The notes under the pieces were generated by a model. The model saw only the letters and a list, made by a program, of their open reading frames with translations. It did not search any database and was not told the DNA's origin. A DNA stretch of 64,000 bases from Octopus sinensis (lineage: Eukaryota), in NCBI RefSeq assembly GCF_006345805.1, contig NC_043019.1, positions 19,715,360 through 19,779,359 on the forward strand, given 5' to 3'. The translations under genes were made by a program, and so were the position numbers. Shown here one piece after another: positions 53,025 through 64,000 of the stretch; the stretch's first letter is position 1; every line of letters starts with the position of its first letter.

Positions 53025-53403
53025 CAATACCGTCAGAAATTAATTAGCACCCTTGATTTGCTCTTCACTCAAGGTATGTGCTGTCACCTAGTGGCCATAT
53101 CTCGAACTATTGCTTTGTTGCGAGTTCACTGTTGCGCAGAACGATGACGTAACTTTGTTTGCAGAGCAGTTTGAGAGTCTACAGCCTTATGATGTTGACA
53201 TAGCAGTGCAACAACAACTTGGAGTGCGGATGCAGACAAACTTCCTTTGTTTAATAGATATAGGTAGCGCCTCGCAAGGACCGAAATCACACCATACTAA
53301 GTTTTCTCATCGCGTAAGACGTTTTGAACAGCTCATAGGTTAATTGATTTAACCTATTTAATGTAGAAATTTGAGAAGTGCTAATTAATTTCTGACGCAA
53401 GTG
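53025..53403. mobile_element. Tc1/mariner-type MITE (379 bp)
   Basis: 26-bp TIRs, CAATACCGTCAGAAATTAATTAGCAC versus the reverse complement CACTTGCGTCAGAAATTAATTAGCAC (20-bp perfect core), with TA on both sides. Confidence 0.8.
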
Positions 53404-53449
<46 letters not shown>

Positions 53450-54482
53450 TATGTTGCAAAAAGAAAATAGAAACTACACGTGGAAATGTAAGAAGAAAAA
53501 TAAGCGAAAATGCAAATTGGAAATAAAAAGAAAGTAAAGGCTTTTTATGAAAAGTAACGATAGATATATACAATTGGATGAACTGAGGTAGGAATAAAAG
53601 TAATAAAAGTCATTATTGTGAATTGTTAAAGAGATTCAAAAGCATACCGGTTTCGTGAATTTACTAATTATTGCATTGAATGTACATCGGTTAACGAACG
53701 GTGGTCTACTGGTCCCTCAGTGTGGTCGTCATAGCAAAATTAGGGTTAGGGTTAGGGACATTTACGTAAATATTGCGTAAGTGGTAACAATGAAACCAGG
53801 TTTGTAATTAATCTTTATATTTTGTATATTTTTATTTGTCTTGCTCGCTTACGTTCTCGCGTTTGCTGAATTTTCTTGAGAACAATCTTTTCTTAGTAGT
53901 CAGACCATATGGGATCTACATTTAGCATATAGATGTCCACTTAGTGGCCATCCCTCATATATGTATGTAATATAATTTTTCTGAATCTTAAGATTTTTCA
54001 ATATGCTAGGCCACTGGTTTTAAATTGATATTAATCAAATTAATATTCAATTTTTCACCCTTATCATTTAAATGTATATATATATATATACATATATGTA
54101 TGTATATATATGTATGTATGTATGTATGTATATATATATCCTATGTATATATATTATCCTATGTTTATCGTCAGCATGGAAAATTCGTTTAACCGAAACC
54201 TGGGTAGCAAATTCACGTCAGAAACACGGTTGAAGCGTCCTGTCCAAGGGTAGAAACTACAGGCTCATGTGCAGAAATTTGTGTGTTGTATATGAATAAA
54301 TGAAAGAATGGAGTCGAACGAAGATGTTAACAAAATTCCTTTACTCTCGACATATGTTTTGAAGACAACATGTTTTCATTCCAAAGGAATAAAGAGTGCA
54401 TTATGCAATCTTCTCATCAGGAAAGAAAGGGAGCCTCTCTCGACAACAAGACAAACGAAAATTTCGATGACTGCCTACATGG

Positions 54483-54759
54483 TAAACAAAACGATAATGA
54501 GTGTGTTTTTTTAAAAAACCGTTAGAAGAATTGACGTCAAAGAGAGAAGGGTTAAAGGAATAATAGGTAGGAAACAAGTGGAGAGGGAAGGGTACGTTGA
54601 TTGAAAGAATGTTCGAAGGCTTAGGAAAGAGCATGCTTTCAATCAACGTACCCTTCCCTCTCCACTTGTTCCCTACCTATTATTCCTTTAACCCTTCTCT
54701 CTTTGACGTCAATTCTTCTAACGGTTTTTTAAAAAACACACTCATTATCGTTTTGTTTA
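54483..54759. repeat. Near-perfect fold-back, ~125-bp arms and ~28-nt spacer
   Basis: TAAACAAAACG...GTTGATTGAAAG (54483-54607) versus CTTTCAATCAAC...CGTTTTGTTTA (54636-54759), with only 1-2 differences. Confidence 0.92.
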
Positions 54760-54816
54760 AATCAATTAGTAACATCTTAGAGAGTGCAAATATACCGTGA
54801 ACTTAATCTCGGTCTG

Positions 54817-55072
54817 ACTGGCATCTTTCTTCATGTTTCCTGAAACTCATATCCACAACTTTATCGGTATTTTTACCTTCGCTGGGATATTACTAATTGA
54901 TTTGAGATCTTTACATTGTTGGAAAACATATATGAACTCATTCTTGGTTTGCCTGGCATCTTTCTTCATGTTTCCTGAAACTCACATCTACAACTTTATC
55001 GGTATATTTGCACTCTCTAAGATGTTACTAATTGATTTGAGAACTTTACATTATTGGAAAACCTATATGAAA
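54817..55072 (+). repeat. Diverged 135-bp tandem duplication
   Basis: TGGCATCTTTCTTCATGTTTCCTGAAACTCA...TTGGAAAAC.TATATGAA occurs twice, 135 bp apart. Confidence 0.85.
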
Positions 55073-55335
55073 TTAGCTGAAGATTACTTGACATATTATA
55101 TTTGCTGTAATATTTGCAGCTTTAATAAATTGTTATAGTATGAAACAATTGTACTAAATTACCGGATCCATTCTTGTTGCTTATTTTTTGGTTATAATCA
55201 CCCCACATTATTTTATGGTTAATACCATAAAAAATTCTGGTGCATCTAAATTAAGTACCATATTCATTTGAATCTAAATTGTTTTGCTGAACTTATATTA
55301 TATATATATATATATATACATACATACATACATAC

Positions 55336-55448
<113 letters not shown>

Positions 55449-55449
55449 C

Positions 55450-55496
<47 letters not shown>

Positions 55497-55585
55497 ATGT
55501 ATATATCCTTAATCCTTAAGTCCTTAAAGATGTTTCAGCCCGAAGGTTGCGGCCATGGTGGGGCTCCACCGTTGAATGAGCTACA

Positions 55586-56985
55586 CTAGTATGTGAATCC
55601 ACCTCTGATACGTGGCACTTGGTCAACAAGGGAGTTCGATGCTGCTGCCCGCATCTGTGTCTCATGTCGTGAGGTAGCTTCATCTGGGACCCCCGACAAG
55701 AAAAGATCCAGTTTAGTTTTAAAGAAACCCACATCCACACCATGCAAGTCTCTCAGGCATTTAGGGAGGATGTTGAAGAGCTGTGGTCCGCTGAAACCCA
55801 AGCTGTTGCAGTATCTCGTCCTGTATTTTGATAGTGATGTTGGAATCTTTGGCACCATGCAGTGGTGTTCTGCGGTTGGGGTAACTTTGAATGCCAAAGT
55901 TTGGGACAAGACCCTCCAGGATTTTCCAGGTGTATATCACTGCATATCTCTTCCGCCTTCGCTCTAGAGAGAAGAGTTTTAATACTTTCAGTCTTTCCCA
56001 GTAGCTGATATGTTGCATTGAGACGATCTTCTTAGTGTAGCTTCTTTGAATTGCCTCGAGTTCTGCTGTTAGCTTTATATTGTGTGGTGACCATAGTTGG
56101 GAACAGTAGTCCAAGCGGCTGAGGACGAAAGTTTTCCAAAGGACCATCAGTGTCTCCTTCTCTCTTTGTTCACCAAATTAGTAATATGCACTTGGAAAGA
56201 GGCATCATTGCTCATGTCAATGCCCAGGTCACGCACTGATTTTGACTCAGGATTACAATTCTTCCCGGGCCAGTGTATCCAGTCTGCATGTCGTTTACCT
56301 TTGTGTGCCGGTTGCGCAGGGCCTGGAACTTACCTGCATTAAACTGCATGTTGTTGTCCTCAGCCCACCTGTATATTGTGTCCAGCTCATGTTGCAGATG
56401 CGCAATATTTTCAGGGTTTTGTATTGCGTGGGAGACTTTTGTGTCATCTGCATAGCTAGCAAGGGTGGTCATCGTAGCAACTGAAGGCATGTCTGAAAGG
56501 GCCACTATGAACATCAGTGGCCCCAAGACAGTGCCCTGTGGGACACCGCTTGTTATTTGCGTTTCCCTGGAGGTGGCTCCATTGCTCACAACTGCCTGTT
56601 TTCTGTCTTTTAGGAAGTTGTGCAGCCACTCTCCAAGTTTCCCGCCTATGCCGAGACCACGCAGTTTGTGACAGATCATACCATGGTCGACTTTATCAAA
56701 GGCTTTTGCAAAGTCGAGATATATCACATCCACATTTGAGCCATTTAGTAGCTGTTTTAACACCCAGTCATAGTGTTGCAGGAGCTGTGTTAGGCAGCCT
56801 CTACCTGGTCGAAATCCATGCTGGGTGTCAGACAGCAAGTCATTTTCTTCAAGGAACATGATTAGTTTCTTGCGGACTATCCGTTCTATGACTTTGCTGA
56901 TGTGGGAGGTCAGATAGATAGGCCTATAATGTTTAGCATCTGCTCTGCTTCTTCCCTTATGGATAGGGCATATTATCCACTCTTA
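55586..56985 (-). mobile_element. CR1-like LINE 3' portion (RT + C-terminus)
   Basis: Track ORFs 56212..56859 (QHGFRPGRGC, LDFAKAFDKVDH, SGVPQGTVLGP, YADDTK), 55761..56147 and 55586..55909. Confidence 0.92.
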
Positions 56986-59328
56986 CAATTGGCTAAGGAA
57001 GAACTAAGCTAAGAGCATTAAATTCTTTGGAACAAGGCAGCGAAAGTATACGAAAACACAGACGAAGACGGGGGAGAAGAATAATTTATTCTAGTACTTG
57101 ATGGGTTTTTTAAAATCAAAATGGAAAAGATATTGAAGTTGACTTGGGTGGGATTTGAACTCTGAACACAAAGAGCCGGAACATCTTATGTGTCACTCTA
57201 ACGACCCACCAATCGACTTTCTTGCAAACGCGTGGTTTTTTTGGTTCAGATCCAACCCGCGGTACCTTGTGCAATTGTTTTCAACTACAACCCCTGGTTA
57301 ACCAATGTCTTGCGGGTGGACTTGGTTGCCGGAAATATTGTGGAAGCCCGTCTTATATGAATATGTATGCATGCATATGTGTGTCTTTCTTTCATTTTCA
57401 TTTTGTCCCACCCCCTTTGTCAACCGGTACTGGTTTGTTTTCCAGTTAGCGGTTTGAAAAAAAGAAAAATATCTACCAGATTTTAAAATAAGTACCAGGT
57501 TCGATTTTTCTGACCGAATCCTTGAAGGTGGTGCACCAATATGGCTGCAATCGATTGACTGAAACTAGTAAAGAGTTAGATAGAGCTTAGTCAAGAGGGA
57601 AGGGCAATGCTCCTTGAGACTTATAGATGGAATTGGTCACAATTTAGTGGTTTGACTTGAATGGAAACAACAGCGTGGACTCTTCTGCTTAAAGCACTCA
57701 AGTGGCGAGATGGCGGTGTTGAAGCGAGAGGTGTATCAAGTGATAATCCGGGTGACTCAAGAAGATTACAGCAGGATTTGAACTCGGAGCCAGAATAAAT
57801 GATCACAATGCATCTCGTCCAAACTAATACACTTTACTGGTATTTTATTTATCAACCCCCGGAAGCACAAAAGGTAAAGTGGCCTCAGCGGGGTTTGAAA
57901 TCAGAATGCAAAAAGCCGGAAAAAATAACGCTAACGAAACCGACGCTTCCAAAATATTCAACCAAACTTCCTCTCTAGTTTTTGGGAGTTTTTTTTCTTT
58001 TTTTGCTTCTTTTTTTCTTTTTGTCAAACTTGAAAAAAACTAAGAGAAATTTGAACACGAAAGTAATGTTTCCAGAACATCTGCTGAAGGTTACTATTTT
58101 GACGCCCTGCCTGCGGCTTCTACCAATTCGCCTCCCCCCTCCCCATCTTGTGGTGCAGACTTTAATTTATCGAATACATGTAAACGAAATTTTCGGTGGA
58201 ATGAGTAAATGTCATCTGCTTATTGCTGCTAACCTACTTTGTTTTGGTTTCAGGAAAGGGCCACTCCTCCTCCATCTCCAATTCTCACCACTCTTGTTTG
58301 GCGTATAATTACATCATCGTCGTTATTATCTGCTTACTGTAATGAGATCCAAACTCTAGAAAAAGTAACAGGATGACGACAAGAAATACACTTAAAAAAA
58401 GAAGACAACAAATAAAGAAATGGAAGTAAATAACACCAAAAATGTGCCAAAATATGGTTGACTTCCAACTGCGCATTTTATGTAAATAGTCCAAGTAGCG
58501 TGAGAGAGAGACGAGCTAGAATAGGGCAAAGAGTGAATGAGTGGAGAGGAGAGGAGGGGAGAATAGAGAGAGCAAGAGAGCGAGAGTGTGGGATAGAGAA
58601 AGAGAGAGAGAGTGAGAGAAGGAAGAAAGAAAGAGAAGGGAGGGAGATAGAGAGTACCGGGTGGGAGAGGATCACCTCTATCTTTTAGAAATAACAGCCA
58701 AATATCCCTTGAAACACACCCTACAAACTTAAAAAGACGACGTATTGAATTATGTAGCGCTAGATGTAAGATATTTGGAAAGAAAAGATGGGGATCTTCA
58801 CGGTTGGAAGATCTTTGATCATAGATCTACTGGCTCGTGACTGATCTGTTGCTAAACACCACCACCACCACCACCACCACCACCACAAACAACAACAACC
58901 ACTACAACAGCTGCTTTAACTACACATTCAGACAGGAAGAAATAACAATTATTTCTTTCAATGAAAACCACAGCGTATTTAAAGAAGGTCAAGGAAGTTT
59001 AATTGCCATTTACTAGTTGGGGAGTAAGTGAATTCAAACACCCAGTCTTCGGTGATGCGAAAACAGTTAGTAGTTTGAGTTTTACTAATAATTATATCCT
59101 TATATATATATATATTTATACGTGTTGGATTACAGCTGCATGAAGTTCAGTTCCATATACGTTGTAGCGAAAGGCGGCGAGCTGGCAAATCAACGGCAAC
59201 TCAAAACCAACAAGACCAAGGAAACGGGATATTGGAAAAGCGGAATCCAACTGGAGAGAAGTACAGGGAAGAAAAGTCGTTGGTGAAGGGCCTAAGGAAA
59301 AAAGAAAACTATATATATATATATATAT

Positions 59329-59484
59329 AGGCGAAAGAGTGGCTGTGTGGTAAGTAGCTTGCTTACCAACCACATGGTTCTGGGTTCAGTCCCACTGCAT
59401 GGCACCTTGGGTGTCTTCTACTATAGAAGCCTTGTGAGTGAATTTGGTAGACGGAAACTGAAAGAAGCCCGTCGTATATATATA

Positions 59485-59527
<43 letters not shown>

Positions 59528-59727
59528 TTGTGTCTGTGTTTATCCCCCAACATCGCTTGACAACCGATACTGGTGTGTTTACGTCCCCGTAACTTAGCTG
59601 TTCGGCAAAAGAAACCGATAGAATAAGTACTAGGTTTACAAAGAATAAGTCCTGGGGTCGATTTGCACGACTAAAGGCGGTGCTCCAGCATGGCCGCAGT
59701 CAAATGACTGCAACAAGTAAAAGAGTA
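59329..59727 (+). mobile_element. tRNA-derived SINE family 1, near full length
   Basis: Matches 32400-32800 apart from a short internal deletion and a longer (TG)n. Confidence 0.85.
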
Positions 59728-59760
59728 ATACACACACACACACAACACACACACACACAC

Positions 59761-59867
<107 letters not shown>

Positions 59868-59936
59868 TGGTAAAAACGGTAAGATAACAAAAGAAAGAAA
59901 GAGACCTCAATATTATGTAAATAGAGGAAATTTATC

Positions 59937-60042
59937 TATAAAATAATATGTTACAATTACTCAATAGTCAAGATAAAACTGAGTTTCAGATGCCGAAGAG
60001 TTTTATCTTGACTATTGAGTAATTGTAACATATTATTTTATA
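59937..60042. repeat. Perfect 44-bp inverted repeat with 18-nt spacer
   Basis: TATAAAATAATATG...GATAAAACT (59937-59980), spacer GAGTTTCAGATGCCGAAG, AGTTTTATC...CATATTATTTTATA (59999-60042). Confidence 0.92.
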
Positions 60043-60369
60043 TATATATATATATATATATATGATGTTAGTCTCACGTAGTCCGAGAAAGACGCTTCAG
60101 TAATTTGTAGTTGAAAAACTTGAGCAAAGGATTTGTTTATAGTGATCGAATGTATGTGGTGCCGTACATCAGCTCCGTTCGTCCAGCAAATCGACGTTGC
60201 TGAACCGGTGCTGCGCGGTATAGCACAATTCGGACATCGAAGTGATCGCAGGGCAACGTGAGATGAAATATTCTGCCCAACAACACAATGCACCGTCTGC
60301 TCCAGGATATTAAAACACGGTCTTGCGATCGTGAGTGCAACACCTGAAACACTAGGTCATACGCCTTAA

Positions 60370-60402
60370 CGCACGCACACACACGCACGCACACACACAC
60401 AC

Positions 60403-60494
<92 letters not shown>
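60370..60494. repeat. (CA)n microsatellite
   Basis: Directly visible. Confidence 0.95.
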
Positions 60495-60496
<2 letters not shown>

Positions 60497-60687
60497 TTTT
60501 ATGAATTCATGAAGTGTATCCTTCGTTATGACATATAACCGATCAGAAGTAACTTTTTAACTGGTTTATATGCCATAACCGAGAATTTACTACTCACTTA
60601 CAAAAAAGTGTATCTGCTCAAAACTTCTTTTAGCGTGTGCTTTTTCTTTGACTTAAACATACATACATACATGCATACACACATAAT

Positions 60688-60875
60688 GTGTTTGCAATGC
60701 CAGTACTCATACTAACCTTTGGGTTGCTTGATTGGACGTTTGATGAGATCAAAGCCATTCATGTGAAAACCCGAAAAATTCTAACAATGGCACATAATTT
60801 CCACATAACCAGTGACGTAGACCGCCTCTACCTAAAACGAAAACAAGACGGCAGAGGCTTAACATTGATCCAAAA
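60688..60875 (+). mobile_element. R4/Dong-like LINE fragment
   Basis: FAMPVLILTFGLLDW...KTRKILT...DVDRLYLKRKQDGRGL parallels LAVPVV...W...KIRKLLT...DMDHLYLPRAQGGRGL of the 33.7-kb element. Confidence 0.75.
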
Positions 60876-60976
60876 TTCCTTACCAGTGTCCAGCTGCATT
60901 TTAACACTTGGATTTCAAATTGTCCCCTTCACGAATTTCCTTATCATTATATTACCAATTTCATTCGAATGATATA

Positions 60977-63900
60977 CTATTTATTCTTTTTTCTTTTCTG
61001 ACCTATTGTCATCATTTTTTTTCTTTGACGGTATCGAACCGGTGGCAGAATGTTCGATCTCCATCTGGTGGATCTTGTGCTTCGCACCGGTGTCTGAGGT
61101 GTGTTGTTGGGCTGCTGATGGGTGGTTGGTGCCCGTTGGGGGGATGATTCTGTGGGTGTGGTCACTGATGCAGCAGGTGTTGTACACGTAGTCCTCGACA
61201 GCTTTGGTGTTGGGCGGATGTGGGCCCTGTTGTGTCTCAGCTGCCCACCAGATTCCGTTACTATTATATACGATCTTGGATTTTCAGCTCTACTGACAAC
61301 CTTTGCTGGGATCCCTGTTTTAGTTATGGCATCTTGAGTATGCACATGTTGGCCTCCAAGTATCTCAGGTAAATATTGTGCATGTTTGTTGTAATATTTC
61401 TGTGATTGTTCTTGAGTGGCAGCTATATTTGCTCTTGTCTCTTCCTGGTCAATAGGAGGTTGGATCTTGGTTGGCAGGGTAGTTTTGTACTTCCTGCCAT
61501 TCAGCAATTCTGCTGGGGATTTCATGTCAGCCTTCAGTGGTGTCACTCGTAGGGACAGAAGTGCCAGGTGTGGGTCTTCCTTAGTCTCTCAGCATTTGAC
61601 TTGTGTCTGCACCTGTCGTTCTATAAATCCATGACCTTTGGGGTAGTGTGGAGATGAGGTAGTAATATTGAACCCATACTCATCGGCTTCCATTATCACA
61701 TATGATCTGCTCTGGTATTCCTTGCTCTGCTAGGAGTCCTCGAGCCACTGTAGTGATTGTTTTGGCTCTCGGGGTCTTTCACTTTTCTCACAAATGGAAA
61801 TTTGGAGTAGTAGCAGACCATAATCAAATACCATTCTTGGCTCTCTGTGAACAGATCTACTCCAATAGTTTGCCATGGCCTTCTTGGGATGTCACTGGAT
61901 ATCATTTCCTCCTTTTGTTGTGAGTTTCTGTACTTTTGACAGATGTGGCATGTAGAAACTATCTTTTCTATGTCTTTGTACATGCCTACCCAATATACTG
62001 CAGACTTGGCTCGGAGCTTGCATCATTTTTCCATTCCTAGATGCCCTTGGTGGATCTTGTCAAGAATCTCTTTTTGCATTGACTTGGGTATAATTATTCG
62101 GGATCCAGCCATCAGGATTCCATTCTCCACTCATCTATCATCATGGATGGCCCAATATTCACGAATGAGGGGCTGCACCTGATGTCTCTTTTCTGGTCAC
62201 CCCTGAATCACCATCTGAGTAAGGAGCTGGAGTTCTTCATCTTTGCTGGTCTCCTCTTTGATTTCCGCTATCTTTGTGGTTGTCACATTTATAATGTGGT
62301 GGACCTTTATGCTTAGTCCTTCCATCTCCTGTTTATCATGTGAGGATAGTCTGGAAAGAGCATCCGCCAATATCAGGTCTTTTCCTGGCTTGTACCTGAT
62401 ATCATAGTCGTATGTTTTAAACATCAACAGTAATCGTTGCAGTCTGGCTGGTGCTTTCGTGAGTTTTTTTCTATGTATTTATTCTAGCGGGCGATGGTCT
62501 GTTTCAATATTGAAATGTCTGCCATACAGGTATGTATGGAACTTTTCACAGCCTTATACTACTGCCAGGAGTTCCCTTTCAATATTTGCGTACCTTGTCT
62601 CTGTGGGTGAGAGAGCTTTCAAGGCATATGCAATGGGTTTACCTTCCTGTATCAGTGCTGCACCAACTCCTCTCATAGAATCATCGACTTGGAGTATTAT
62701 TGGTTTGCGTCTGTCATAGTATTGCAGAGTTGTCTCCTTACTGATGAGCTTTTTGATTGTGTTGAAATCCTGTGTGTGTGAAGCACACCAATCAAACTCT
62801 ACGTCATCTTTGTTTAGTTCTCGGAGATTTGCAGTGTGATCGGCCAGCTTGGGTATGAAGGCTCCCATGTAGTGGATGAGTCCCAGGAAGCTCCTGAGTT
62901 CCTTCTTGTCTTTGGGTTCTTTGATGTCTCTGATGGCTTCCACTTTAGCGGGGTCTGGTTTAACTCCCTCTGCAGAGTATATAATTCCAAAGAATTTGCA
63001 CTCCTTTGCTTTTATCACACACTTGTCTGCATTGAGTTTGATACCTGCTTGTCGGGTTTTCTCCATAGCTTCATGTAAATTCAAGTCATGTGTGGTCTCA
63101 TCCTTGCCATGCACTTGGATGTCATCTGCTATTCCAATTGCTCTCTTGCAGCCTTGGTAGGTCTCATCTATTTGGCGCTGGAAAACATCTTGACTCACCT
63201 TCAATCCAAATGGGAGTCGGTTGAATCGGTATCTGCCAAATGGTGTGTTGAAGGTAGTTAGTATCGATGATTCTTTGTCTATCTTTACATTCCAGTACCC
63301 ATTACTGGCATCCAGTTTGCTGAATATCTTGGATCCAGCTAATGATGGTGTAATTTCTTCAAGGGTTGGAATTGGATGGTACTCTCTTTTTAATGCCTTG
63401 TTCAGATCCCTTGAGTCGAGGCATATCCGTAGGGCACCATTGGATTTTCTTTGATTACAATTGAATTCACCCAGTCTGTTGGTCGTGTCACTTTGGTGAT
63501 TATTTCTTTTTTTTCCATTCTGTCCAACTCTGCCTTCAGCTTCTCTTTTAGTTCTAGAGGGACGTGGCGAGGTGGTTGAGCAATTGGTTTGATATTGGGG
63601 GTCGACTGTTATATGGTATCGACATTTCTCAAAACACCCGACTGTATCGTTAAAACATTCCGGGTACATGCTTATCAGTTCCTCTTTGTTTGTGATTGGT
63701 GGTCGGTCTTTGATTGACACAATGTTAAGCTTTTGACAGGTATTGAGTCCAAGAATTGCTGGTCCTTCTGTTCTTGTGACATAAAAAGAACAGTCGATTA
63801 TTTTTCCTTTGTGTGTCCCTGTGATTGTTGTTTTGCCCAGTTGTGGAATCCTGGTACCTCCGTACGCAGTGAGGATTACATCACTTGGTGTGAAGATTCC

Positions 63901-64000
63901 TTCTTTGATTTTATTCCCTTGTGTCATGTGTTCTGGGAACATCTTTTTGTAGAGGTTGACAGGCAAGATATCACTCTGGGCTCCAGTGTCAATCTTCAGC
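60977..64000 (-). mobile_element. pol: Gypsy LTR-retrotransposon pol (PR-RT-RH-IN), degraded, continuing beyond the right edge
   Basis: Protease LKIDTGAQ at the window edge; RT LRICLD, KLDASNGYW, RLPFGL, IADD; RNase H IERELLAV, TDHRPL, ADALSR; integrase HQGHLG..C..C, WQTIGVDLF, CDNG, SSPHYP; SPAELL. Stops and frameshifts are present, and no LTR was recognised. Confidence 0.93.

Noticed and set aside
53740-53757. (TTAGGG)3 as an interstitial telomere (degenerate form also at ~41290-41312)
   Set aside because: Only three units are present, more likely part of a dispersed repeat and too short to support a telomeric origin.
54330-54420. Minus-strand CTGATGA with downstream GAAAACATGTTG
   Set aside because: The cleavage position would be G, and stems I and II do not form.
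60060-60370. Possible mariner transposase fragment
   Set aside because: No recognisable DD34D/E or WPxxSPDL motif was found in any frame.
60900-60977. Polypurine tract and 3' LTR of the Gypsy element
   Set aside because: A GAAGGGGAC purine run exists on the minus strand, but no TG-initiated LTR or second copy is visible.

Overview
This is a repeat-saturated, AT-rich animal genomic window. The tRNA-derived SINEs, RTE tails and long (TA)n/(TG)n tracts look like a coleoid cephalopod, probably Octopus; that is recognition, not a database result. I find no supportable host protein-coding exon, and most track ORFs are microsatellite artefacts. The main feature is a ~19 kb cluster of Penelope-like retroelements (PLEs) at 6.07-25.5 kb. 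PLE-A (6067-10220, +) has a 5' fold-back, a GIY-YIG remnant, a ~3 kb microsatellite-like 3' region and a type I hammerhead ribozyme (HHR) near its end. It meets PLE-B tail-to-tail across a short (TA)n tract. PLE-B is a 15.2 kb array: an inverted near-full copy, a 3.8 kb pseudo-LTR, and a full copy. It encodes an extremely AT-rich RT + GIY-YIG ORF (~835 codons) whose frameshifts, where checked, differ between copies. It also has a 3.1 kb skewed 3' UTR and a minimal HHR in each copy. More HHR motifs lie at 51-52 kb. The rest is a mosaic: a Merlin transposase interrupted by a solo LTR, an R4/Dong LINE, CR1-like and RTE LINE fragments, a Gypsy pol running off the right edge, a Tc1-type MITE, Helitron-like elements, three SINE families, minisatellites and several fold-back palindromes. 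Scattered homopolymer indels suggest an imperfectly polished assembly. All coordinates were read by eye and may be off by a few bases.
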